DNA of 64,000 nucleotides from Octopus vulgaris (Eukaryota), in NCBI GenBank assembly GCA_951406725.2, contig OX597831.1, forward strand, positions 53,196,001 through 53,260,000, in the 5' to 3' direction. The notes under the pieces were generated by a model. That model had not been told where the DNA came from. It did not search any database and saw only the letters and a list, made by a program, of their open reading frames with translations. Positions 38,928 through 51,390 of the stretch are shown here, piece by piece; position 1 is the first letter of the stretch; every line of letters begins with the position of its first letter. Both the position numbers and the translations under genes were made by a program.

Positions 38928-40226
38928 GTTGGTAAATAGATTACATATCGTTTTATCATTTACTTATTTCAATCATTAGACTGTGGCTATGCTGGAAGAC
39001 CACCTTGAAGAATTTTTAGTTAAATTAATTGACCCCAGCACTTTTTTTTTAAAGCCTGGTACTTATTCTATCAGTCCTTTTTGCTGAACTGCTAAGTTAC
39101 AGAGATGTAAACTACCCAACTTGAATTTCTTTTTAGCAGTGAGGCCCACTTGATGATGAGCCATGTTTCTTGCAGCTCAAAAAAGATTTCCTATGCTTGA
39201 TTTAGAATATCTTTCAGTGGGAAGACATTGGAGAAAGAGAGAGTAATGCTTGGGGTGGGTAGAGCAAATGAGTGACCCTGTAAATATCGGTGGAAGAATT
39301 GTGAAGTGTTGGGAGGGGAAGGGAAAGGAAGGCTTGTAACAATGGAAATCGAGAGGGAAGGAAGAATTTGAAATTTGAGGAGGGAAAAGGGAAGGAATAA
39401 GACTGAGGTGGTGAAAAGAGTGGGAGTGGAAGTGGTAAGAAGTTTAAAAGTAGTGGAAGATGGCAGAAAGGAGAATGACAAATGAAAAAGGTGAGATAGA
39501 ATGTGTAGGGTCAATAAAATGTGGTGGGACTGAGGAAAGGTGTGCATTGGCCAGTCTGCACTGCAGTAGCACATCCATCTCTTAGAGTTTTTTTCAGCCA
39601 CTACAGTTCCTCCAAAGATGCTCTTTGTTGATTGTCCAAGGTAGCTGGTATATTTACTGGGAAAAAATTACAGTGCTCAGAGTAAGTCTTGCATATAAGA
39701 AGGGAAAGAGGTAAAAAATAAAAGTTAGCCCTTTAGCATTCAGATTTCTCTGTCAAATGTAATGCTTATTTATTCACACTGATTTGAATTAGTCACGCAT
39801 TACCTTGTAACTTTGAGATTTCAATGACATGATTGTTTATTTTTAGAATAATATTGTAGGGTAAGTATGAGAGGCCAGATCTGGCCAGTTTGAAGATAAA
39901 ATAGGTAGATTACTATGGATAGATATGGCTGGTTTAAATGCTAATGAGTTAAACCTTTTTTTTTACTAAACTTTTACTAATACTGGTTTCAGCCAAACAC
40001 TGAGTCCATGCTGGGGCATCGCCTTTAGAGGTTGTAACAGTTTCTTTAGAATATCTAAAAAATCTTGATATTCTTTAGAATGTCAATGAAAATCAAAGAA
40101 CATATTTTTAACTAATGAACTTAACATTAACTGTCCAACTGTTCTGCTTAAAGCATTGAACTCGTATTTCATTGTATTAATTTTGAATTGCATATTCTTT
40201 ATTCTTCCATATTTTGTCCCTATCAG

Positions 40227-40344
40227 GAATCTTCCCGGTCACTTCGAGATGTCGATTCATTATCCGTATCCTCTTTGGGAAGTTATGCTGGTAAACGTGC
40301 AGAGGAATGTATAGTGATGTGCATTCATGGCATTACACAAGCAG
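40227..40344 (+). CDS. SZT2: SZT2 coding exon 22
   Basis: tatcag / gtaagg; ESSRSLRDVDSLSV..EECIVMCIHGITQA; phase 0 to 1. Confidence 0.9.
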
Positions 40345-41980
40345 GTAAGGGCTTTGGTTTATAAAGGCTGTTGCACTCAAATTATAGTATATTATCATCA
40401 TGATCATCATCCTTTAACGTCCGTTTTCCATGCTGGCACAGGTTGGACGGTTTGACCAGAGCTGGCAAGCTGGAGAGCTGCATCAGGTTCCAGTTTGGTT
40501 TGCTTGGTTTCCACAGCTGGATACCCTTTCTAATGCCAACCACTCTGTGGTGTGTGTATCGAGCATGAATGCTTTTACAAGGTGCAGGCACAAGTGCTTT
40601 TTATGTGGTACCGGCACAGGGCTCTTGCAGACCAATCCTCTTCATCAGGGGAAGTGGCCTTAACACTTCTGCTGTGATGTGGAGGACGAGTCTTCTTGAT
40701 TACAGCAAGGCACCAGATATCTTGCTCCTTTGTCATCTCTTACATTCTTTGTCTCTACTTTCTCTGTATCATTACAGCAGGAGTATTACCTTTATCATTG
40801 ATATAATTTTTTTCAGATATGTAATGTGTGTTTGTTATCATTCAAACATACTTTAGCCTTCGACATCTGGTATCAAGCCACCCAACTCTCTCAAATACAC
40901 TTCCATTAAGTTGGGGGTGGGGGTGTTTACTTTTCCTTTCTTTACTTTGTCTTGCAAGTTACTACTCAGTGATCACACTAGTGTCAGTGTCATGAAAAGA
41001 GCATTCAATACACACTATGATGTGGCTGGGGTTTGGAAGAGCATCATCATCATTATCATCATTGTTTAATGTCCAGCTTCCATACATGCATGGGTAGGAT
41101 GGTTCACAGGAGCTGGCCAGGTAAGAAAACTACCCTATACTACTCTGATTTGGCAGGGTTTTTACAACTAACTGCTCTTCCTAACACCAACCACTCTGCA
41201 GAGTGAACTCAGTGCTTTTTATGTAGCACTAGCACAGGTGAGGCTAGTTTTGGCATGATTTTTACAGCTGGATGCCCTTCCAAATGCCAACCACTTTTCA
41301 GTGTGGGCTGGATGCTTTTTACGTGGCACCAGCCCTGGCAGGGTCACCAAGTAACTCGTAAAATAAGGAATTATGAGAGGGGCAGGGGCATTTAAGGAGG
41401 GGAACTCGTGTCAAAGGATGAAAAGTTAGAGGGTGACAAAGAGACAGAAAGGCAGAAACAGGTGTCTTCCTATAATTGAGGGGGCATTGGAGGAGGTTTA
41501 TCCAGTATCAGATGACGAAAGGTTAGAGTGTAACAGAGAAATAGTGAGGCAACCAAAGCTGACATTAGTGCTTGATGCAGCTCTTCAACTTGTCAAACTA
41601 TCCAAACCATACTAGCACGGAAAAACGGACATTAAATGATGATGAATGTCAATTTACTTCATATAACTCTGATGGTCTTTGGACCATTAGTGGCCACAAC
41701 AAAATTTTCAGTGGTCCCAATTTGCCTCAACAAATTCCATCTGGAAAAGTGAATGTTAAATCATGATGATGACGATGATGGTGATGGTGGTGATGATGAT
41801 GATGATGATGATGTAGCCTGCTCAGGTGAAGGAGCTTCATGCTCATGATGAGCAACATGTTCTTCTTTTTGCTAAAAGAGATTGTATGAATTGTTCTTGG
41901 AAGGAAGCTACTAAGAAATTTAACCATCTTTTCTAATAGTTACTCAAGCCAAATAATATTTTCTCTGTTTTCTGTTATAG

Positions 41981-42105
41981 GAGCTGAAATGAAAGAAAAC
42001 CTCATAAAAATGCTGCAAAACAAACTTGATGATAAAGTATTGGACATCATTTCTGTGATGCTAGACAGGAATCCTAAATGTAAACTCAGTTTCCAAGATG
42101 TCAGG
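41981..42105 (+). CDS. SZT2: SZT2 coding exon 23
   Basis: ttatag / gtaaga; AEMKENLIKMLQNKLDDKVLDIISVMLDRNPKCKLSFQDVR; phase 1 to 0. Confidence 0.95.
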
Positions 42106-42342
42106 GTAAGAGGATTTGTCTTTTATTCTGTGTCATGTGCAGCTACTTCTAGCTTGCATTGCTATCTTTCCTTACTCAGCTTATCTGTCTCCTCTTTTAA
42201 ACTTTTCTAGCGAGTTGTGCTATTGAACACTGTTTACAATAAGTTCCTCATCGTCATTGTTGCTGCTGCTGCTAATTTATGAAGATTGATATAAATCTTT
42301 ACGATGATAAATTAGCAACAAGAAGTGTAAAATGCGATTTAT

Positions 42343-42490
42343 ACAGAAGGTGGGACATGTAAGGACTCCCATTTGGTGTAAGCAGTGGAATACACCAAGC
42401 ACAACTTGATTTATGTTGGTTGCACAACAGAACAATTAAACAAAAGATTAACTGAGCATAAGTATGATGTCAGCCATAATAACAGTAGCT
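42343..42490 (+). mobile_element. Penelope-like GIY-YIG endonuclease remnant
   Basis: TEGGTCKDSHLV*AVEYTKHNLIYVGCTTEQLNKRLTEHKYDV fits the GIY-YIG pattern C..VY....C....YVG.T...L..R..EH. Confidence 0.7.
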
Positions 42491-42604
42491 TGACAGTTTT
42501 GTAAGCCTAGTACTTATTCTGCCCAAACTGCTAAGTTACAGGGACATAAACACACCAACACCAGTTGTTAAATGGTGGTGGTGGGGGACAAACACACACA
42601 CATA

Positions 42605-43847
42605 CAGGATCTTGCAGATAAACTGAGACAATTTTCACGATGCATAAAACTGGTTATAAATACTAAAATAATGGCAGTAGACAAATATAATTTTAATGTA
42701 ACATTTATTACAAAAACATCACTCAATATGGCTGCACTTTTGGGCAATTACTGCCTCCATACAAAAACGAAATCTTTTTGCAGCTGCTGCAACTTGCTTC
42801 TTGATTTTGCATGTCGCATGCACGATGCAGGCCTTCAAACTGTTGACACTTGAGTGTAGTGAAGCATTGTTCTTTGCTTGAAGTACGCCCCATAAAAAGA
42901 TTTGGACTACTACTGGGCCAGATGTTGGCCCTCACAAAAAATGGCACCTTCTCACCAGGGAAGGCCTGTGTTGTTTTTTACCTATGGCATGATGCAGAAT
43001 CCTGGATAAGCACCACATTGTCAAGCCCAAACTTCTGCTCCATCCAAGGTAACAGAGAGCTCTTCAGGATGTCCAGATACTCCTTTGTGCCGATCTTCAA
43101 GCCAGACTCAATGTAGTGTGGACTCATGACACTTCCATCACTCACCATGGCTCCAAATACCATCACAGAGGCAGGATTCTTAGTCTCAAACATAGTGGGG
43201 ACATCAGAAGGGTTGTACGCAGTCACTCGAGAATTTTTGCAATACACTTCGGTGTCCACAGTGAACTTCTCATTCACAAACATGAGAGTTTTTCCTGCAC
43301 TTTGATGCTTGATGAATGACAAGCTTTGGGCAATTCTTGGCTCTAATTGCTTTTGCCTTGGCTGTTAGGAGGTGTCGGTGTCATCGAACATAGCTAGTTA
43401 TGGTTCCTGTTCACAGCTCTGGATATCATGGAAAGGGACACATTGTGTTTCTTTACAAGGGTTGTTATGGATATGGATGGGTTGGCTTCAATCGAGTGTT
43501 TGAAGCCTGTGAGAAACTTTAAATTATCCTTCGAATCACATGTTCTTTTCTGTCAATCTTTCCCTTTTCTTTAAATTGTTCAGACACACAATAAACTGTT
43601 GCTTTTGGAAGTTTTGTGAACTTAACAATTTCATTGGCAGTGTGCCTGGTGCATGCCAAAACAACAATGGTGGAATGATTCTGTTGTTCCATGACTTTCT
43701 GTTGTCAAATCAGTTTGCTATTTACCTGAAAAATAAAGAGGCGGATTAAATTTTCAAGCAAGTAAGGTTTTGTTTTAAAAGAAATGGCATGTTAAACCCA
43801 CTAAGTCAACTGCTTAAAATTGGTCTCAATTGATCTGCAAGACACTG
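42605..43847 (-). mobile_element. Tc1/mariner-superfamily transposon, maT/DD37D-like, decayed
   Basis: Imperfect ~31-bp TIRs CAGGATCTTGCAGATAAACTGAGACAATTTT / AAAATTGGTCTCAATTGATCTGCAAGACACTG with TA flanks; transposase remnants FVNEKFTV, SVMVFGAM, VLIQDSASCH, WPSSSPNL; inserted in a family B SINE. Subfamily call is inference. Confidence 0.85.
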
Positions 43848-44059
43848 TATATATTAGATCTACACACTACATTTATATAAATGAGCTTCTTTCAGTTTCC
43901 ATCTACCAAATCCATTCATAAGGTTTTGAAGACATTTGCCCAAGGTGCCATGCAATGGGACCGAACCCGGAACCATGTGGTATATTTGTTTTTAATTCTT
44001 GTTTGTTTATTTGTTTTTTTCTTCCTCACACTCTCTCTCTCTTTCTCTCTTTCTTTCAG

Positions 44060-44224
44060 TTCATTCAAAGATATAAAGAAAAACCCAAAGATACCATCTA
44101 TCTGACTGTTCCTAGCAGCAGTTCAAAACACTTATTTGCACTGAGTTACTATCTGAAACAGAACTTGTTACACTTTGTCAATATACCAAATTATGTAGAT
44201 AATCACCCATCGAAACACTTTATT
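44060..44224 (+). CDS. SZT2: SZT2 coding exon 24
   Basis: CT-rich tract + cag / gtaagt; FIQRYKEKP..YYLKQNLLHFVNIPNYVD; phase 0 to 0. Confidence 0.92.
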
Positions 44225-45407
44225 GTAAGTACCTATGTTTATTTGCTTATCTTTTATCTTTTACTTATCTCAGTCATGCTGGGGTGCCACCTTGAATTTT
44301 AAAAAATTTTTAGTCAAATGAATTGACCCCAGTACTTGTTTTCTAAACCTGGTACTTATTATATCAGCCCCTTTTGCAAACCACTAAATTATGGGGACAC
44401 AAACACACTAACACTGATTGTGAGGTGGGGGTGGCGGTTGCAAACACAGACACAAAGACACACACATACAGTTTCCATCTACCAAATCCTTTCACAAGGC
44501 TTTGGTTGACCCAAAGCTATAGTAGAAGACACTTGCCCAAGGTGCCACACAATGGGATTGACCTTGGAACCATGTGTGAAGCAAACTTTTTACCAGATGT
44601 GTGTGGGTGGGCGGTTGCCCTTGTCTGACATCATGTAGTAGTTGTAAATGAACATCATTGTCATACAAGCGAGGTCGATCATTTCTGATCTTCTGTGGAA
44701 AACATGTCTAACCATTGAGGAAATGATACCTTTCCTAGAAATAGGTGAGGGTTGGTAACAGGAAGGGCATCCAGCTGTAGAAAAATCTGCCTCAACAAAT
44801 TCTGTTTGACTCATGGAAGCATGGAAAAGTGGACGTTAAATGATGATGACGAAGTGAATGATGATGATTGCTGCAGTCCATTCAATTTTAAAAGGGTATC
44901 AGTCTCAGCTGTGGAGTTAACCCTACTCTGTTCAGTGGGAAGTTTTGCACTCTGACTTGCTTAAATGTCTCAGAATCTGGTATATATCTTGACCAAATTT
45001 ACCTGTAGATTAACATGTTGGTTGTCATAGTGCTGCTCAAGAAAGTTGGGGATAGTTTTAAAGAAAGCTTCTTATTTCTGTCAAATTGGAAACTGCTTGC
45101 TTCCATTCCATTGCTGAGGCCAAATACAAGCAGACTTAATTTGTATTTAGATATTGAGATATTTAGATGATATTGAACATTAATTTAATATTGTAGCAAT
45201 CTCTCTTCTTCTATACTCTTTCTCCCTATTTCTAGTTTTCTCATCCTTTCTAAGAAATTTAATAAGATTTTTCTACAATTTTACTTGTAAAATCCAAGGT
45301 GTTTTATATTCCAAAATAATTTTCTTTCTCCCTACTTCTCTCTTTCTCTCTCTATATATATATATATATACACACACACACATACATTGTTTATATTGTT
45401 ATGGTAG

Positions 45408-45489
45408 GACTATGCAAGCAGTGAACATCAAGAATTAAAAGAAAACCAAGTGTTTCTATACCATCGACCTAGTTCCTCAGGAAGCAAAG
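45408..45489 (+). CDS. SZT2: SZT2 coding exon 25
   Basis: tggtag / gtaaga; DYASSEHQELKENQVFLYHRPSSSGSK; phase 0 to 1. Confidence 0.87.
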
Positions 45490-47732
45490 GTAAGAACATT
45501 TGTTGCTACAACAGTTATTTTTGTTGTTGAGTATACCTAGGATCAGAAATATTCCAGCTGTAACCATACCATATTTTATCAATATCTATGATTACATTAT
45601 ATGATGTTCCTTTCTTTTTTCATTTAATTACTGTAAGTATCCTTTGCTCTTTACAGTTTCATCATTATTATTCTGCTGCTCAGCACTGTCAATCATCTTC
45701 TATGCCCCACCAGCCCCACCTCATCACTCTCTCTAGCTCCATTCAGTCACTCCCACTCTCCCTTCTAAAACATCAGTGTAGCTCCTCTACAGCAGGAAAC
45801 CTGTTCAGCTCTGGTCCTTTCTCTCATATTGTTACCCATCTGAGAGAGATTTGGCTGCTGTTTATTTTTTCTCCAACAGGTCAGGTGGCTATATAGAAGC
45901 TCCTTTATTTGCTCCTTGTATTGATAAAGTTGTAGGTAACTTACACAGAAAAATCGTGGCCCATTGCATGAATTTTGACAGCATATTTTGCTCTAGTGCA
46001 CAGGTAGTTGATGACCAAAGGAGAAGTTGGGAACTGTTCTAATCTGGCCAAATGAAACTTAAATTTAACCCTTTAGTTTTCAGATTGCTCTATCAAATGT
46101 AATGATTATTTAATCACACTGTTTTTAATTAATCATTTGTTATCTTGGAGCTTGGAGATTTTGACGGTGTCATTGCATATTTTTAGATTGACATTGTAAG
46201 ATAGGTGTGATAGGCTGGACCTGGCTGATTTAAGCATGAAACTGGTAGAATACTCAGGCCACAACTTTATGGTGGTCCCTTTTCCTCTGTTGATCAACTC
46301 GTGAGATACTTCTCATTCCAATGTACTTAGTTACAACTGATTTTGACTTAGTATAAGGTCAATTTTGTATGGGTAGAATATAACCATCTGAAATGAGTAC
46401 AAGATTTTACTGGTACTTATTTTATTTTAAGCTTTGCAGGATAACAGCCAGAATCTGAACTTGGAACTGAGGTCTAACTTAATTAATATTTACAGTGCTT
46501 CAGCTAGTTTCAGCACCCAATACTCTGATACATCACCATCATCATCATCTCCACCATTGTATGTCCACTTTACCAAACTGACATCTATGACTAGTTAATA
46601 ATTTTCAAACAGTTGGAACAAAACATCACTGCTTTTTTTCCTTTGTCCTGTTTTTTACTGTTATTTTTTGTTTTGTTTTGTTTTCACATTAAATTTTTTT
46701 TTATTTTTTATTATCTTTGCTTGTTTCAGTTATTGGACTGCAACCATGTTGGGGCACAATTTTCACAGGTTTAGTCAAACAAATCACCCCAGTAGTTACT
46801 TTCAAGTTTTACTCTCTTGGTCTTTCTTTTTTTTTTTTTTTTGCTAAACTGCTAAGTTATTGGGACATAAACTCACCAACACTGGTTGTTTGCTAGTGTA
46901 TGGGTGAACAAACACAAAGACTATGCACAGACAGATACACACACACTCTGCCTACCAAATCCACTCATAAGGCTTTAGTTAGCCCAGTCCTATGGTAGAA
47001 GATATTTGCCCAAGGTGCCACACCGAGTGATTGAATCATGTAGTTGGAAAGCAAATGCCTATGCTTATGTGTGTGTGTCTGTGTCTGTGTGTATATATAT
47101 ATATGTTTCTTTATTAGCCACACAGGGCTATAAAATCAAAAATATACAATATGAAATAAATCCCATACACACACACACAAACACATACGAATGAATGATG
47201 GATTCTCTTCTCATGAACAACAAATAAGGGCTCAATGAAATAAAGCAGTAATCATGTTCTATGGACATACATGTGTCTCTTAAGGTCTGCTGGTGCCTTG
47301 CAAACATTTTGGCAAATGGAAGCTTTAGTGTGGCTTTGTGGTAAGAATTTTGTTTCTCAAGCACATGGCTCCACTGCATTGCAATTTGGGCATCTTCTAA
47401 TAGAGCCTCAGGCCAACCAAAGCCTTGTAAACTGAAAGAAGCTCGTCATATATGTGCGTGTGTGTGTGTGTGTGTGTGTTTTGGTGTAAGTGTTTGTCCC
47501 CCACCCAACCACTGCTTGACAACTGGTGTTGCATGTTTACATTCCCCTAACATAGCAGTGTGGTAAAAGAAGCTGATAGAATAAGCATCAGGCTTAACAA
47601 AAAAATAATATGTGCTGAGGTTGATTTTTTTTTCAACTAAAATTCTTCAAGGTAGTGCCCAGCATGGCCACAGACAAATGACTGAAACAAGAGAAAGAAA
47701 AATAAATATATATATATAGATGTATAAGTATA

Positions 47733-48138
47733 GGAGTGGCTGTGTGGTAAGTAGCTTGCTTACCAACCACATGGTTCCGGGTTCAGTCCCACTGCGTGGC
47801 ACCTTGGGCAAGTGTCTTCTACTATAGCCTGGGGTCAACCAAAGCCTTGTGAGTGGATTTGATAAATGGAAACTGAAAGAAGCCCATTGTATATATGTAT
47901 ATACATATATGTGTGTGTGTGTGTGTTTGTGTATGTTTGTGTGTCTATGTTTGTCTCCCCAACATCACTTGACAACCAATGCTGGTGTGTTTACGTTCCC
48001 GTAACTTAGCGGTTTGGCAAAAGAGACCGATGGAATAAGTACTAGGCTTACAAAGAATAAGTCCTGGGGTCAATTTGCTCGACTAAAGGCATTGCTCCAG
48101 CATGGCCACAGTCAAATAACTGAAACAAGTAAAAGAGT
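47733..48138 (+). mobile_element. Family B CORE SINE, well-preserved full-length copy
   Basis: GGAGTGGCTGTGTGGTAAG head, GGTTCAGTCCC B box, GGCACCTTGGGCAAGTG core, (TG)n, tail ..CAGTCAAATAACTGAAACAAGTAAAAGAG. Confidence 0.85.
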
Positions 48139-48352
48139 AAATAGATATGTATATATAAGGTTCTTTTGAACTGCTTCTACCAAATTCACCCATAAGGCAT
48201 TGGCTGACTCGGAGCTATAGTAGAAGACAATCTACTATACTAATTTGGTCGAAGATACTTACCCACACAGTGAAACTGAGCCTGGCACTGTGTAGTTGCC
48301 AGTTTTTCTTTTTTTTTTCCCCTTAAATTTATACACTAAATTTCAATTTTAG

Positions 48353-48520
48353 GAATTGCATGTATTGCAATGGCATTTGTTGATGAACATGAACAAGAAA
48401 TCAAATTTACTGGATGCCAGAAACCTCTGCAGCTCGTTTACGATGACATGGTTCCACCTGAAAAATACCTTTCCCTCATAGAGTCAGCACTACTTGAAAA
48501 ATTACCAGCACCAAGAACCG
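48353..48520 (+). CDS. SZT2: SZT2 coding exon 26
   Basis: ttttag / gtatgt; IACIAMAFVDEHEQEIKF..; phase 1 to 1. Confidence 0.92.
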
Positions 48521-49783
48521 GTATGTTTTAAATATTTGTTGCTTCTTGTCAGGTCCTTAGTTTTGCCCTGAATATTGAGAATAATAATAATAATAATAAT
48601 TATAATTCATTCATTTATTGGCCACAAGGGCTAACAAAAATCAATTAAAACATAAAGGGACAAAACACAGGATGCAAGTTACAAAGGGTTTTGTCCATTT
48701 TAAAAAGTCTGTGTACAAAAGCAGGATAACAACGAAATATAAGTAACAATTAAAACTCCCAATAGGGGGAGGCGCTTTGAAAGGTTACTCGTGGAAAAAC
48801 CCATAAAAGCCACGAGAGCCCCTTTCTCCTTTTATATTTCCTTTTAATTTTTCACAGGTGTATCCTCAGAATTGGTCCTCCTTGCTGGTGTGTACTCATC
48901 CAGTTTTCTATGCTTGCATGGATTAGTTAGATTTTGTTGAGGCAGATTTTCTATGGTAGGATGCCTTTCTTGTCACCAGACTTCACCTATCTCAAAGTAA
49001 GATAACATTACACCTTGGCTGGGCATGCTTTCATGGAATATTGTGTGTACACAAATATGTATACACATGCATCTGAGTGGCTTCCACACTGTTTCTGTCT
49101 GGCAAGTTTCACTTACAAAACTTTGGTTGTGCCCAGGCTATGGCTAAAAGACACTTGCCCAACATGCTGCAAGCAACAGTGTGGACCAGAACACGTCTGA
49201 ACCATATGACTATGTCTACACCCAACCCATAAATACAACATACAAAATTCTTTGAAAGAATATATATTATTCCCCTGTTGAACCAATTCTTCCTGAGTAT
49301 GAGACATTTTGGCACAGCCATATCGGTGCCACTTATTTGGCATCATTAATATGACATTGATTTGGGTTTTTAATGGTTCTCTTGTACTCCCTCACTCTCC
49401 CTCTATCACCTTTCTCTCTCTCTCTCTCTCTCTCTCACTCTCTGTTTTGTGTATTAGCATATTCTTCGTTATGTGTATTAGAAGAGAGAAAGTGTTTATG
49501 TCACTTATGACATAAATTAATTAATAAATTGTACTGTCTCTCTCTCATTTTTTCTAGCTGAATGAATATATTTTTGCATGCATGTGTGTGTGCACACGTG
49601 TGTCTGTATGTGTGTCTGTGTGCTTGCCTCCAGCACCAAAGAAGTACTGTTGCCAAAACAGGTACAGTTTTCAGTCAGCCATGTCAAATCATTAATACTC
49701 AAACAGCTACTTGCATTCAATCATTCCAATCCATTTCTTCCTATATTTTGTTTGATCTGTAACTTTCGTTTTCTGTTCTCCAG

Positions 49784-49987
49784 GTTTAAATCGTTATATT
49801 CGTTTTCGAATATGGCAACGTGGCAATGCTGATGTACACAATTTACGGGATAAACTTCACACGTCAGTACAGTGTGCTTTGTGTGATGTTATTTCTGAGT
49901 TCAAGCTGCTGAATTTTCCTATCTGCCAGGCCTCTCATGATTTGCTGCCATCTTTCTCTGAACCTTGTTCTCCATCGGTTGTAAAAG
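49784..49987 (+). CDS. SZT2: SZT2 coding exon 27
   Basis: ctccag / gtatgt; YIRFRIWQRGNADVHNLRDKLHTSVQCALCDVISEFKLL; phase 1 to 1. Confidence 0.92.
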
Positions 49988-50047
49988 GTATGTTACTGAA
50001 ATTATTTATCTTCATGCAGTAGGAGTGAATGGTGAAGGCAGAGGAGA

Positions 50048-51023
50048 GAAAATAGCCTGGGAAAAGTTCAGAGAGCTCCTACCTCTGCTGGTAACAAGGG
50101 CCTCTCACTCAGAGTGAAAGGTATGATGCATGTGTGCGAACAACGATGCTACATGGCAGTGAAACATGAGCCATGACTGGTGAGGACATGCATAGGCTTG
50201 AAAGAAATGAAGCTAGTATGCTCCACTGGATGTGTAATGTCAGTGTGCATACACAACAGTGTAAGTGCCCCGAGAGAAAAGTTGGGTATAAGAAGCATCA
50301 GATGTGGTATGCAAGAGAGACGACTGTGCTGGTATGGTCATGTGTTACCTATGGATGAGAACAGCTGCGTGAGGAAGTGTCACTCCTTAATTATGGAAGA
50401 GGTAGACCCAGGAAGACATGGGATGAGGTGGTGAAGCATGACCTTCGAACCTTAGGCCTCATGGAGGCAGTGACAGGAGATCGATACCTTAGAAGATATG
50501 CTGTGATTGAGAAGACCCGGCAATTAAAGTGAGATTGCCGCCATGCATGTCCAGCCCATTTAAGAGTACTTCTGATGTGTCATGCGATATGATATGCATG
50601 AGAAGACCTGTTGAGTCAAGTAAAACCAATATCGTGCCAGTGACCCCTGACTGGTTCCCATGCTGGTGGCATGTAAAATGCACCTTCTGAATGTGGTTGA
50701 TGCCAGGTCTGCCTGATTGGCTCTCGTGCTGGTGGCATGTAAAAAGCACTGTCCGAACGTAGCCAATGCCAGTATCCACTGGTTGGCCCACGTAAAAAGC
50801 ACTATCCAAACATGATTGATGCCAGGCTCATCTGACTGGCTCCTGTCCCGGTGGTACATAAAAAGCATCCACTACACTCTTGGAGTGGTTGGCATTAGGA
50901 AGGGTATCCATCTGTAGAAACATTGCCAGATCAGATTGGAGCTTGGTACAGCTGCTGGCTCTCCAGACCTCTGTCAAACCGTCCAACCCATGCCAGCATG
51001 GAAAGCGGATATTAAATGATGAT
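50048..51023 (+). mobile_element. 5'-truncated RTE-clade LINE with complete 3' UTR
   Basis: AWEKFRELLPLLVT..HGSET..RLERNEASMLHWMC..QERRLCWYGHV, then four ~55-66-bp UTR subrepeats, GGAAGGG(C/T)ATCC motif and (GAT)n tail. Confidence 0.88.
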
Positions 51024-51256
51024 ATACAGTTCCCTGATCTGATACAGCATATATGTATGTGCGTGTGTGTGTGTCCATTTCTCTAGTGTGTTTCAGCCAA
51101 GGGTATAAATACCAAAGAGAAAACATGAATTCTTGAAAACTCAATTAAGAAAGAAAGAATTATTCCAACTGTGATAAGTATTGAAAGTTTCACTTCCAAA
51201 TGTTCTTTCATTTTATTATTAATACATCTATAAATTTGGTTAACTTTTGACATTAG

Positions 51257-51390
51257 TGAGAGAAAACGAAGAGAAATTACAAGTCGCTTCCAGGAAGTTA
51301 ACTATTCAGTCCAAGTTATCTGCTAAATCCCTTTTCAAGGATAAGTCAAAGCCACCAATTTCAACACCTTCCTCAAAAGACACGACAAAG
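51257..51390 (+). CDS. SZT2: SZT2 coding exon 28
   Basis: cattag / gtaggt; RENEEKLQVASRKLTIQSKLSAKS..; phase 1 to 0 as required. Confidence 0.82.

Noticed and set aside
39191-39601. 136-aa minus-strand ORF, and a similar one at 18740-18994
   Set aside because: They arise from purine-rich low-complexity tracts, with no recognisable domain and no splice context.
48095-48138. SINE family B tail (consensus CAGTC-AAAT-GACTG-AAACAAGTA) resembling hammerhead stem II + GAAA
   Set aside because: There is no upstream CTGANGA core. It is better explained as a 3' stem-loop of the kind recognised by a partner LINE.
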